Both the position numbers and the translations under genes were made by a program. This document shows, one piece after another, positions 38,691 through 47,387 of a stretch of DNA of 51,215 bases; position 1 is the first letter of the stretch, and every line of letters starts with the position of its first letter. The notes beneath the pieces were generated by a model, which had not been told where the DNA came from, searched no databases, and saw only the letters and a list, made by a program, of their open reading frames with translations. Source of the stretch: a virus (Duplodnaviria > Caudoviricetes). The stretch lies in IMG/VR virus record IMGVR_UViG_3300035128_000044, positions 1 to 51,215 of that record; one strand, given 5' to 3'.

Positions 38691-39124
38691 GTGAAACTAT
38701 TAATATACCTGTTACCTTTAGTCCCCATTTTGTCAATAAACAGCCCAGAGGTTACTATCTTCTGGTTCAAAGATTATTTCGCAAGGGTTCTCCACATCTG
38801 GTTAAAAAGCAATTTATCGGTTATACCCAAAGTGGTTTAGTTATGACCGTTGGCTATAAAAGTAATATTATTAATCTATTCGGAATGACGATTTTCAAAC
38901 CGACATTAAATCAGGAAAGAGTTACATGGTTATCCGAGTGTTCAATTTTTCCAATGAGAATGGGTTTCAAAGCTTATATCCCAGTCTCAATTTTACAACC
39001 CTCCGCAGGGTCTGGGAAGATAGAAACAACCGCTACTTTCAGAGTAGATGAGGATTCCAGCACGTACTATATTAAAATAGGTAGAATCACAGCGGAGGTT
39101 CTACTGGGAAAGGTATCACTATGA
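38687..39124 (+). CDS. Hypothetical protein
   Basis: ATGA coupling on both sides. Confidence 0.65.
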   Translation: MSETINIPVTFSPHFVNKQPRGYYLLVQRLFRKGSPHLVKKQFIGYTQSGLVMTVGYKSNIINLFGMTIFKPTLNQERVTWLSECSIFPMRMGFKAYIPVSILQPSAGSGKIETTATFRVDEDSSTYYIKIGRITAEVLLGKVSL

Positions 39125-39642
39125 ATAAGAAGTGTATAAAGGAAGATTGTTTATATTTTGCTAATTATACAGATAAAATGTATCCTTGCTGTGAGTGTAT
39201 TGACATGACAGCTTTAGGAACTGTGTATACACACTTTAATCCTAAATCCAGAGTGCCAACGTTAGTTGGTAAAGAAACTAATTCCAAAGATGCTATCGAC
39301 GTGAATAAAATGGGTCAAAAAGAGTTTGATGAATTTATGGAATTTATTATCGAGAAGCATGTTAAGAACGTCATGTGCAATAAATCTGCTGAGTATGCTC
39401 AAGGTGGGGATAAATTACATAACTTTAGACGGGCGGCTCGAATGCACGACACTACGCCAATCGAGGCTTTGCGGGGAATGAAGTTGAAGCATGACTGTTC
39501 CATTGAGGATATGCTTGACGGTTTACGAGAAGGAAAAACATATAGCCAAGAATTATGGCAGGAAAAACTCCATGACCAAATCAATTATATTTTTTTAATG
39601 TGGGCCTTACTATATAAGGATAATGGGTGGGAACTAAAATGA
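39121..39642 (+). CDS. DUF1599/MazG-like all-alpha nucleotide-associated domain protein
   Basis: KSAEYAQGGDKLHNF...KH...EKLHDQINY. Confidence 0.6.
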   Translation: MNKKCIKEDCLYFANYTDKMYPCCECIDMTALGTVYTHFNPKSRVPTLVGKETNSKDAIDVNKMGQKEFDEFMEFIIEKHVKNVMCNKSAEYAQGGDKLHNFRRAARMHDTTPIEALRGMKLKHDCSIEDMLDGLREGKTYSQELWQEKLHDQINYIFLMWALLYKDNGWELK

Positions 39643-39947
39643 AAGTAAGTTCCGACTTATTCAATGGCTTGTTTGAATTTCTTGCTGCTCCGTTTATCTG
39701 GTTAAGCATACGAAATTTACTAAAAACTAAAAAGATTAATGGGGTCTCTTGGGTACATGTTGCCTTTTTCACACTATGGGGATATTGGAATTTATTCTAT
39801 TATCCTCATCTTGAGCAATGGTATTCCTTAGCCGGAGGAATTGCAGTGGTGATAACAAACTCAATTTGGGTTTGGTTTCTTATTAAATATAGTCGAAAGG
39901 GAAAAAATGGGCACAGCCATAGTGACATATACCGGCAAGATATTTGA
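39639..39947 (+). CDS. 3-TM PQ-loop/SemiSWEET-like membrane protein
   Basis: SIRNLLKTKKINGVSW, then two further TM helices. Confidence 0.55.
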   Translation: MKVSSDLFNGLFEFLAAPFIWLSIRNLLKTKKINGVSWVHVAFFTLWGYWNLFYYPHLEQWYSLAGGIAVVITNSIWVWFLIKYSRKGKNGHSHSDIYRQDI

Positions 39948-40533
39948 TTACTCGAATATACAGCCTTCTATGATTTGTATTGAGGATATTGCTCATAGCT
40001 TGGCTTTAACTAATCGTTATAATGGTATGACAAGATACCCTTATTCAGTTGCAGAACATTGTGTTAGAATGGCTTTATGTGATGACTTGCCGGGACATCC
40101 TTTAGCCAAGTTGTTACATGATGCAGCCGAGGCTTATATAGGTGATATTGTTAAGCCCTTCAAAGCTGGTTTGCGTTATTTGGAACATGGATTCGAGGAG
40201 AATGAACGTTATTACTATAAGATAGAGACGTTAGAGCACGAGATTCAAAATGCGATTCTAAAAGCTTTCAATATCAAAGTAAAGATGGGTCAACGAAACG
40301 AGGATTTGGATTGGATGTGGTTAAATTCATCCGAAGTAAAACATTCGGATATGGCTATACTTGCGGAGGAATGTAATGTACTAATGCCAGATAATGAGAT
40401 AAGTAAAAAGGAATTTGAAAAATGGCTCGCAGGTGTAACTCCATCAAAAACTGGATTAACACATTGGAATATATATCCTTGGTTGAAAGCGAGAACGTTA
40501 TATTATAACACTTTTAAGGAACTCACGAAATGA
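39907..40533 (+). CDS. HD-domain phosphohydrolase (YfbR/YfdR-like)
   Basis: IEDIAHSLA..NRYNG, YSVAEHC, LLHDAAEAYIGDI. Confidence 0.88.
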   Translation: MGTAIVTYTGKIFDYSNIQPSMICIEDIAHSLALTNRYNGMTRYPYSVAEHCVRMALCDDLPGHPLAKLLHDAAEAYIGDIVKPFKAGLRYLEHGFEENERYYYKIETLEHEIQNAILKAFNIKVKMGQRNEDLDWMWLNSSEVKHSDMAILAEECNVLMPDNEISKKEFEKWLAGVTPSKTGLTHWNIYPWLKARTLYYNTFKELTK

Positions 40534-41435
40534 GCCTAAGTAAAGAAAGTATGCGAATTATATGTAATGGATTAAAAGCAAGAACAAGGCACGACTCCAT
40601 AGCTAAGTTGGCAGGATGTGACAAGGGTACTGTGTCTCGTATTAGCCGAAGTTCTTCAAGAATTATCTTTCTGAATGATACTCATTGTGGTAATAATACG
40701 GGGCTTACTCCACCAGCTTACCAATACAAATATATTGATAATCCAAAATCTGAGGATCAAAGAATCAGGAACAAATGGCATCGAGTTCAAAAGGAATGCT
40801 GGAGTTGGTATATAAAAACATTAAAATCACTTCAACCTTTTGATAAGTGCTTTATCTTGGGGGATATGATTGATGGGGATGGAGCACGTTGTGGGGGGAC
40901 TGAACATGTTGTATCGGATCGTACTGTTCAAGTTTCAATGGCTTATGAATGTGTTAAACAGGTCAAGACTAAATACTTCAATATGGTCTTTGGAACACCC
41001 TATCATACTGGAAATCAGGAAGACTTCGAGATTATTCTTGCGGAGAAATTAAACTGCAAGATTGGTGGCCATGAGTGGGAAAGTGTTAATGGTTGCACCT
41101 TCGACCTTAAACACAAGCAGGGAAATACAATGAACCCCGCAACATCCCTTTATAATGAGATTAGGGACCACAGGGAATGGGCAGCAGTAAATGAACAGCC
41201 AAAAGCTGATGTTATCGTAAGAGCACACACCCATAGATTTTGTATATATGAAGTGGAGGATACTATTGCAATCTCCCTTCCCGCGTTACAGGCCTATGGC
41301 ACTAAATTTGGAGCCAGGCAGTGTTCCAGAAAAGTACAATTTGGCTTGGTCGCAGTTGATGTTTGGCCGGATGGCTCGATTACTCCGCATGTTAGGATAG
41401 CCCAATTATCTTGTCATAAAACCAAAACCAATTAG
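40530..41435 (+). CDS. Calcineurin-like metallophosphoesterase with N-terminal HTH
   Basis: NDTHCG, LGDMIDG, GTPYH, RAHTH; IAKLAGCDKGTVSRI HTH. Confidence 0.8.
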   Translation: MSLSKESMRIICNGLKARTRHDSIAKLAGCDKGTVSRISRSSSRIIFLNDTHCGNNTGLTPPAYQYKYIDNPKSEDQRIRNKWHRVQKECWSWYIKTLKSLQPFDKCFILGDMIDGDGARCGGTEHVVSDRTVQVSMAYECVKQVKTKYFNMVFGTPYHTGNQEDFEIILAEKLNCKIGGHEWESVNGCTFDLKHKQGNTMNPATSLYNEIRDHREWAAVNEQPKADVIVRAHTHRFCIYEVEDTIAISLPALQAYGTKFGARQCSRKVQFGLVAVDVWPDGSITPHVRIAQLSCHKTKTN

Positions 41436-41446
41436 GAGAGTCAAAA

Positions 41447-41656
41447 ATGGCACGTAAATTTCAAGTTGGTGAAATTGTTAGACTAAACGACAAACAGGAT
41501 TTCCCTCTCCCACCTTCGTGGAAGTCTGGGGATAAGGGAAAAATATATGCTTACTTCGGGGGTCTCTATGGCTTGGAACACCATCCAAAGAAGCGGGATA
41601 CCTCTGTGGTGCACCTACGAGCCAGAGAAATCGATAAGGTCACGACCCCAAAATAG
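41447..41656 (+). CDS. Small SH3-like hypothetical protein
   Basis: KFQVGEIVRL...GDKGKI. Confidence 0.6.
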   Translation: MARKFQVGEIVRLNDKQDFPLPPSWKSGDKGKIYAYFGGLYGLEHHPKKRDTSVVHLRAREIDKVTTPK

Positions 41657-41727
41657 TTATATTAAGTGTAACGATTGTATAGATTATAAGCTATATAAGG
41701 ACTTTTTCATTTTTTTTCTCCTCGAAA

Positions 41728-41778
41728 CCCCCGTAAGTGGTGCAGGTTGGCGACAAACCCACTTGCGGGGGGAATTTT
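41728..41778 (+). terminator. Terminator-like hairpin
   Basis: CCCCCGTAAGTGG...CCACTTGCGGGGG, followed by a weak T-run. Confidence 0.55.
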
Positions 41779-41812
41779 AAGGAAAAAATATACTTTTTAG
41801 AACGCTTTTTTC

Positions 41813-41841
41813 TTGCAATAATGGCTTATAATTGGTAGAAT
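41813..41841 (+). promoter_or_regulatory. Sigma70-type promoter
   Basis: TTGCAA-N17-TAGAAT with TG extension. Confidence 0.65.
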
Positions 41842-41888
41842 AATGAAAGTTGATTGATAATTTTAGTAATTATTTTTGGAGGTTGGAA

Positions 41889-42239
41889 ATGAAAGCTCGT
41901 AAAGGTTTAATGGTCAATGTTAAGAGTGGGGGGTGGGGCAGAGTATTAGAAGGGTGTGGCTCCACACATAAACCGGTACACTTAGAAGTCGGAAATACAG
42001 AATATCGAGTGTTGGCTACCAAATGTGCACTTCCCCTTGATAATCATAATTTTGCTAATACATTAATACAAAATATAGAAACTAAGATATGTATTGCAAT
42101 TAACGAGGATGATTTGATACCAGCTATATCCGAAATAACTTTGGACTTCCATGTCAACGGGATTCGTATAACAGATGATTTAAGTATAGAAAGTAAAAAA
42201 GCTATACTGCATAAAATGCTTGATACTCTGGGAGCGTAA
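41889..42239 (+). CDS. Hypothetical protein
   Basis: GGAGG RBS before ATG 41889. Confidence 0.65.
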   Translation: MKARKGLMVNVKSGGWGRVLEGCGSTHKPVHLEVGNTEYRVLATKCALPLDNHNFANTLIQNIETKICIAINEDDLIPAISEITLDFHVNGIRITDDLSIESKKAILHKMLDTLGA

Positions 42240-42240
42240 A

Positions 42241-42486
42241 ATGAGTGTCCCATTAAAACAGAAGTGTTTGAAAAACTTTCTCATTCGATGCTGCTATTGG
42301 TACTATGTGAAAGTTCAGCCGATTATAATCGACTATGAATTTGATATGGAGTTTAAGAGGCTGCAAAAGATGGAAGAAGAAAGCGGCCAGGTTGAGAAAG
42401 ACTCTCCGACACAAATGATTTGGGGTGATACAGAAAGCCAGTACCCAGAATGGGTTAAAGAGTATATGGAGGACAAAAATGAATAA
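42241..42486 (+). CDS. Stand-alone NAD-dependent DNA ligase domain Ia-like protein
   Basis: YWYYVKVQPIIIDYEFDMEFKRLQKME...DSPTQ matches the LigA N-terminal YY...P.ISD.EYD.L..EL..LE...DSPTQ pattern. Confidence 0.75.
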   Translation: MSVPLKQKCLKNFLIRCCYWYYVKVQPIIIDYEFDMEFKRLQKMEEESGQVEKDSPTQMIWGDTESQYPEWVKEYMEDKNE

Positions 42487-42655
42487 TAGAAAAACACTTA
42501 GAAAAATTCTGCTGGTTATTCTTTTTCCGGCTTGGCTCCTTTTACTAATCGCGGCTATACTTTCCGATTTAATGGTTTTAGCTATGCACGACGAATGGGA
42601 CGGCCAAGCGGAGAAGTTAATTAGAGATTTGAAAGAAGCCCTATTCCGCTCATAA
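42479..42655 (+). CDS. Small membrane protein
   Basis: Hydrophobic ILLVILFPAWLLLLIAAIL. Confidence 0.55.
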   Translation: MNNRKTLRKILLVILFPAWLLLLIAAILSDLMVLAMHDEWDGQAEKLIRDLKEALFRS

Positions 42656-42679
42656 TTTTGTTCAGTATGTTCCGTTAAA

Positions 42680-42746
42680 ATTATAGGACTTGTGGTTATC
42701 GGACTGAGACATTCGTTTCTGGTTATCGGACATTATATTATTGGAC
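42680..42746 (+). repeat. Four direct copies of RTTATNGGAC
   Basis: Copies start at 42680, 42695, 42722 and 42737. Confidence 0.75.
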
Positions 42747-42829
42747 TTTATGAAAACGGAAAAATTCCGATATTGTTTTAGACAAATAGCCGGGTAAAAA
42801 ATTCCCCGAAAAAAAAATTTATTTTTCTC

Positions 42830-42857
42830 TTGCATTTTCATTTTTACAAGTTATAAT
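42830..42857 (+). promoter_or_regulatory. Sigma70-type promoter of the early-type region
   Basis: TTGCAT-N16-TATAAT, A/T-rich UP element, ATTTTTCTCTTG shared with 26631 and 26890. Confidence 0.65.
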
Positions 42858-42929
42858 ATGAGTATATTCAATATTGTTTTACAGGTATACAGGTGAAACT
42901 TGTAAATGTTTTTTTAGGAGGTTTATAAA

Positions 42930-43139
42930 ATGGCTGAACAACAAATAGATAATTTAATTAATTACTCGCATTGTAAGAAATTCGCTTTACAATATGCAAA
43001 CGACCATAGAACTGGCTGGAAACCAAAACAAGTAAGCAAACAGTTTTTAGATGATTTGAATATTAAGGTTAGGATGTTAATCACGGGTGCAATTCAAAAA
43101 CATCCCACAAAAGGAAAAACAATTAAGGAACTACAATAA
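42930..43139 (+). CDS. Putative histone-fold protein
   Basis: LINYSHCKKFA...QVSKQFLDDLNIKVRMLITGAI......KTIK resembles the alpha1-L1-alpha2-L2 pattern of bacterial/phage histones. Confidence 0.6.
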   Translation: MAEQQIDNLINYSHCKKFALQYANDHRTGWKPKQVSKQFLDDLNIKVRMLITGAIQKHPTKGKTIKELQ

Positions 43140-43322
43140 ATGATACATGAAGACACGACAACGGACTTAGGACATGATTTATATTTTTGTACCACTTGCG
43201 GTAAATATCATTCGCATAATTCTATTAAATTAGAACACCGCAAAATAGGTAAGGGACTTCAATTAGTCCCAGTTTGTCCAAATCCGGCTTGCAATAGCCA
43301 AAACATAACTAAATTCAAATAA
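43140..43322 (+). CDS. Zinc-ribbon protein
   Basis: CTTC...CPNPAC. Confidence 0.6.
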   Translation: MIHEDTTTDLGHDLYFCTTCGKYHSHNSIKLEHRKIGKGLQLVPVCPNPACNSQNITKFK

Positions 43323-43334
43323 CAGGGGGACATT

Positions 43335-43949
43335 ATGGAAACGATTGAATACAAAAATTACAGAATAGATATTGAGCAAGAAGATTATCCGCAAAATCCG
43401 CGAACAGAATGGGACAACTTAGGGGAAATGGTTTGTTTTCATAGCCGCTATATTTTAGAGGATAAAAACGAATTCAATTCAGCCGATGAATTTTATGAGT
43501 TTGAAAAAGAAAATAAAAGTTTGGTACTTCCTTTATTTTTATATGACCATTCCGGCTTGACTATAAATACAACGGGTTTTTCTTGTCCTTGGGATTCTGG
43601 GCAAGTTGGTATTATATATGTAACGTTTGAAAAAATTCGCAAAGAATATAATGTTAAAAGAGTATCAAAAAAACTTCTTGCAAGAGTAACGCAACTTCTA
43701 ATAAATGAAGTAAAAACCTACGACGATTATTTAACGGGCAATGTATATGGCTATAGTATAGACGGTGAAGATTATGTTGCGGGTTTTTATGGTTATAACC
43801 ATGAAACAAGCGGCTTGCTGGATAATGCCAAAAATGATATTGATTATATTATTGAGAAAAAAAGTAAGGAAAAAATAAAGGTGTTAAAAGAATTAATATT
43901 AAACAAAGTGCCTTTACAGTATAGAGCAAGCAAACTTGCTATAGAATAA
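43335..43949 (+). CDS. Conserved phage/MGE hypothetical protein
   Basis: NPRTEWDNLG, LYDHSGL, CPWDSGQVG, YLTGNVYGY motifs. Confidence 0.7.
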   Translation: METIEYKNYRIDIEQEDYPQNPRTEWDNLGEMVCFHSRYILEDKNEFNSADEFYEFEKENKSLVLPLFLYDHSGLTINTTGFSCPWDSGQVGIIYVTFEKIRKEYNVKRVSKKLLARVTQLLINEVKTYDDYLTGNVYGYSIDGEDYVAGFYGYNHETSGLLDNAKNDIDYIIEKKSKEKIKVLKELILNKVPLQYRASKLAIE

Positions 43950-43969
43950 AACCCCCCTTTTCATCTTAA

Positions 43970-44008
43970 AGCACGTCCCATAATAACACCTCCTATTTGG
44001 GACGTGCT
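43970..44008 (+). other. Hairpin with CACCTCCT (anti-SD-like) loop
   Basis: AGCACGTCCCA/TGGGACGTGCT 11-bp stem. Confidence 0.6.
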
Positions 44009-44047
44009 ATCCTCTTAAAAAATTTTCAATCCTCCGCAGTTTTTTAC

Positions 44048-44076
44048 TTGTTTTCTGGTTACAAATAGACTATACT
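44048..44076 (+). promoter_or_regulatory. Sigma70-type promoter
   Basis: TTGTTT-N17-TATACT. Confidence 0.5.
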
Positions 44077-44094
44077 TTAATCAGGGGAGACGAT

Positions 44095-44232
44095 ATGAAA
44101 GAGCAAGAATATATTTGTAGTTGTGGCCAAGTAACGAAAGAGACGGAATTAAAAGGGGTTAAGGACGACAAAGGCTATTTCAGGTTGTCTTGTCCGAAAT
44201 GTCATAGTGGAAATATTAGGTTGAAACAATAA
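44095..44232 (+). CDS. Zinc-ribbon microprotein
   Basis: Not in the track; YICSCG...SCPKCHS; GGGGAG RBS. Confidence 0.6.
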   Translation: MKEQEYICSCGQVTKETELKGVKDDKGYFRLSCPKCHSGNIRLKQ

Positions 44233-44574
44233 GGGGAAAAACATGGGAATTATTTGGGTTTTAGCTTTTTGGGGTATTTTCTATTTTTTTGAACAGTGGG
44301 GGAAAAAATGAAATATTTACTTACAAAAATCGATAGTGATTTTTATAATGTGTTAATACTGGCAATACTTGCTTATTTGAGCTTGTGCTAATATGAATAT
44401 ACCGGAAAATTGTAAAAAGTGTGTTGCTCAAAAAGTGTGTGACCATTTGGCCGGTTGTGCTTTTAAGGTGCGTAAAGGTAGAAGGAAAAGCAAGGTCGAA
44501 CGGATTAACGGCCAACACGAAACAGAACAGGAAAAGAGAAACAAGAAATTTGATTTTTAATTGGAGGTTTTAAT

Positions 44575-45186
44575 ATGTATATTCAAATAACTACACGTTG
44601 CAATATGTCCTGTGAACACTGTTGTAATAATTGTACTTCCGAAGGGGAGGATATATCATTGAGTACTTTTAGAAAAGCTTTAACCTTCGATGAATATATT
44701 ACTATTGGCGGGGGTGAACCCACTTTACATAAGCACTTTTGGCAAATATTGGGGGAAAGTATCGCGGCGGCTGAATATGTCTGGCTTGCTACTAATGGTA
44801 GTCAAACACAAATTGCAATTGCTCTTGCGGCTATGGCAAGTAAAGGGGTGATAGGATGTGCACTTTCCCAAGATTATTATCACGATGAGATTGATGAAAG
44901 AGTAATTGAAGCTTTTACAAAAAAGAATAATTCAGGTAATGAAGATCATCGAGAAATTAGAGACGTTTCAGGGAATGAGATAAATGCGGGACGTTGTGAC
45001 TTTGGCGTCGAAGAACGTTGTTGTTGTGAAGACTTAATAGTAAAACCAAACGGGGACATTTTCGCTTGTGGTTGTGAAGACTCCCTGAAAATTGGGGATG
45101 TAAGAAAAGGTTACAACTTGCCCGATGAATGGGAAATCGGGGAATGTTGGAAAAAACAAGAAGTGAAACTTGCGGGGGTTAAATAA
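44575..45186 (+). CDS. Radical SAM protein with Cys-rich (SPASM/twitch-like) C-terminus
   Basis: CNMSCEHC (CxxxCxxC), GGGEPTLH, ATNGS, CCC...VKPNGDIFACGC. Confidence 0.88.
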   Translation: MYIQITTRCNMSCEHCCNNCTSEGEDISLSTFRKALTFDEYITIGGGEPTLHKHFWQILGESIAAAEYVWLATNGSQTQIAIALAAMASKGVIGCALSQDYYHDEIDERVIEAFTKKNNSGNEDHREIRDVSGNEINAGRCDFGVEERCCCEDLIVKPNGDIFACGCEDSLKIGDVRKGYNLPDEWEIGECWKKQEVKLAGVK

Positions 45187-45440
45187 TGGAAAAAATAAAA
45201 TCTACTCATTACGTTAGTGCGTTATTAAATTCAGACGGAAACTTAATTAATCCTTATCTGGTAAAAGATTCAGAAATTAAGTGTTGGAATTTGTGGGGTA
45301 GTTTAGTCTATTCGATTAAAAAAGATACTAAAGGATTGATTCCGATTCCTAAAAATTGCAGCGTTTACAGACAAAACGAAGGGGACGGAACATACTCTTA
45401 TATTATGGAAGAGGATAAAGCAGGAGAAGGCGTCATATGA
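45186..45440 (+). CDS. Hypothetical protein
   Basis: TAATG coupling. Confidence 0.6.
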   Translation: MEKIKSTHYVSALLNSDGNLINPYLVKDSEIKCWNLWGSLVYSIKKDTKGLIPIPKNCSVYRQNEGDGTYSYIMEEDKAGEGVI

Positions 45441-45850
45441 AAGAGCGAGAAATAAAAGCCTTGATATTTATCGAAAACTTTTTAGGTCTGGTCGATGACA
45501 TGAAACAGTGATACGTCAAACCAGAAGAAAAGAAGTTGTTTGAAACTATAGTAGAAGAACTGAAAGAATATGAACAAAGAAGCAAACAACATAATAGATA
45601 TGGAAGATGATACAGAATTTAAGGCCGGGCTTACGGGCAAGCCAGATATGTTTTCGGATGAACTACGTTATTTATGGGATAAAACTATTTTACAATAAAA
45701 CCTTTTTTGTTGTTTCTCTTCAATGGTTGGATTAACTTTAATGTTGTCCAGCTTTTTTTATTTGTCAATTCCTGGGGTGCTAAACATCCTAAAAAATATT
45801 TTGACGGCTTAGGTGGCGCCCTATGAATTCGATTTTTTGGAATGGGTATA

Positions 45851-45880
45851 AAAAAAAAGCCGCCCTTTTATAGACGGCTT
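45851..45880 (-). terminator. Intrinsic terminator, minus strand
   Basis: AAGCCGTCT-loop-GGGCGGCTT followed by a T-run; near copy at 47326. Confidence 0.7.
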
Positions 45881-45901
45881 GGTAAGTGGGGTTTAGTGTG
45901 T

Positions 45902-46072
45902 TTATTTTATGTTAGCAAATATATTATAAATTGTTGCCATTAAAATATGTTTTGGATTCTCAACTAAAAAACATATCACCCTTGCAATTTCGTCCTCGTT
46001 TAGTTCTTTTTCTAATTTCTTAATAGATTTACATATCTTATCAATATTGAAATGTTTTGCTTTTGTTTTCAT
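45902..46072 (-). CDS. Small hypothetical protein
   Basis: Not in the track; MKTKAKHFNIDKICK..., AAGGGG RBS, own promoter-like sequence upstream. Confidence 0.6.
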   Translation of the reverse strand: MKTKAKHFNIDKICKSIKKLEKELNEDEIARVICFLVENPKHILMATIYNIFANIK

Positions 46073-46188
46073 GTTTTTCCCCTTAAAAAGTTTTTGTGTT
46101 TAGTTTTCAAATAGCACTATTAAAAGTATAAATCATAAATGAGTAAAAAGTAAATTATTTAGAATAGATTAATACACTTTTTAATAAT

Positions 46189-46353
46189 TTAATTGCCGCC
46201 GTTTAAATAATGAACTCTTTCAGCTGCTTCTTTTTTGGAGTTGTAGTCGGATTCTGAAACCCAAATTCCTTTGGGTGTATAAAATCCTACCGTCCAAACA
46301 TCTTTGCTTGGATTTTCATCGGTTTGAAAATATGTTTGCAAATATACGTACAT
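46189..46353 (-). CDS. Small conserved phage protein
   Basis: Not in the track; MYVY...VWTVGFYTPKGIWVSESDYNSKKEAAERVHYLNGGN. Confidence 0.7.
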   Translation of the reverse strand: MYVYLQTYFQTDENPSKDVWTVGFYTPKGIWVSESDYNSKKEAAERVHYLNGGN

Positions 46354-46486
46354 GTTTTTTTCCCTTCATAAAATAATTATAAGTTGTGTTTAGAGATTCT
46401 TTATAAAGTATAACCTATTAATAAGGAAAAAGCAAAATAAATTTGTCAAAGATAGAGAATATTTTTTTTGTGGCGGTAGCGTGTGC

Positions 46487-46885
46487 GTCCAATAACACGA
46501 TTGTGGGTCTGATAATAAATCATTCTACAAGGTAGAAAAAACGGGAGTGTGTTCGGTGCTCATAATTTTTACAATAAGAACCGATAATCTCGCGGAATTA
46601 CCGCAGGAATGTCACGTCCCATAACCTGAATGAAACATAACAATTATTCTCGGACGTGCCCCCATTGATTACAGGCTGCATTCCGCATCATTATCGGACG
46701 TGTTAATCTGTTCTATGCTTTATTCATAATGAAACCAACACATTATAGGACTTTATAGTCCGATAACCATTCGACATTCCAATAACAACTCGATTTCCTA
46801 CGTGGGATTCAAGTCGATTTCGTGCGGAGTCCAATAATATCCTGGATTCTCGACCCCGTCTGACCCCCTGAAGTCGTCCGATAAT
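46487..46885. repeat. Cluster of seven RTTATNGGAC copies in both orientations
   Basis: Copies start at 46487, 46616, 46690, 46742, 46758, 46829 and 46876. Confidence 0.7.
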
Positions 46886-47050
46886 GGTAGGCAAAGACCC
46901 TTCATATTTAGGACAACCCTTAAAATTCTCCATTCTACTTAGTAGAATATCCCCGATTCTACTTCGTATTCGTTCTAACGTTTAGAATTTTTCCTTCATA
47001 TTCTAAATTGTAGAAAAAGTGCACCCCCGTTATTCGCTCAAAAATGAGAG

Positions 47051-47325
47051 GTGTACCCAGATGTGTCCTATGTAAAAATGTCACATAGGGTAAACTAATT
47101 TCTTATATAACAAGAGTTTACATTCGTGTACCCTATGTGCCTATGTATTTTCCTATTTGCTTTTTCACAACAAGAAAATTATATATAGGAAAGAAAAAAG
47201 AGAAAATAGCTGGGCACATAGGACACCAAATTTTTTAATCTCTGTAACATCTTTATTTATAATAACTTACAAGCGTTTTTCTGTACCCTATGTAATTTTT
47301 TACATAGGACACGCATAGGATACAC
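47051..47325. other. Putative replication origin with mirror-symmetric CCTATGT/ACATAGG iterons
   Basis: Seven exact plus one variant heptamer in inverted arms around an A/T-rich centre, downstream of the helicase. Confidence 0.7.
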
Positions 47326-47355
47326 AAAAAAAAAGCCGCCTCGCGGGAGACGGCT
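47326..47355 (-). terminator. Intrinsic terminator of the helicase operon
   Basis: AGCCGTCT-CCCGCG-AGGCGGCT followed by a T-run on the minus strand. Confidence 0.75.
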
Positions 47356-47387
47356 ATATGGAGGGTATGAAGAGTGAAATGACTTAA

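Noticed and set aside
39121-40533. Z-genome (PurZ/DatZ/MazZ) pathway
   Set aside because: No adenylosuccinate synthetase-like PurZ recognised
42680-47325. CRISPR array or mini-array
   Set aside because: Repeats are 7-10 bp, mixed in orientation and irregularly spaced; the Cas4-like gene sits in a recombination operon
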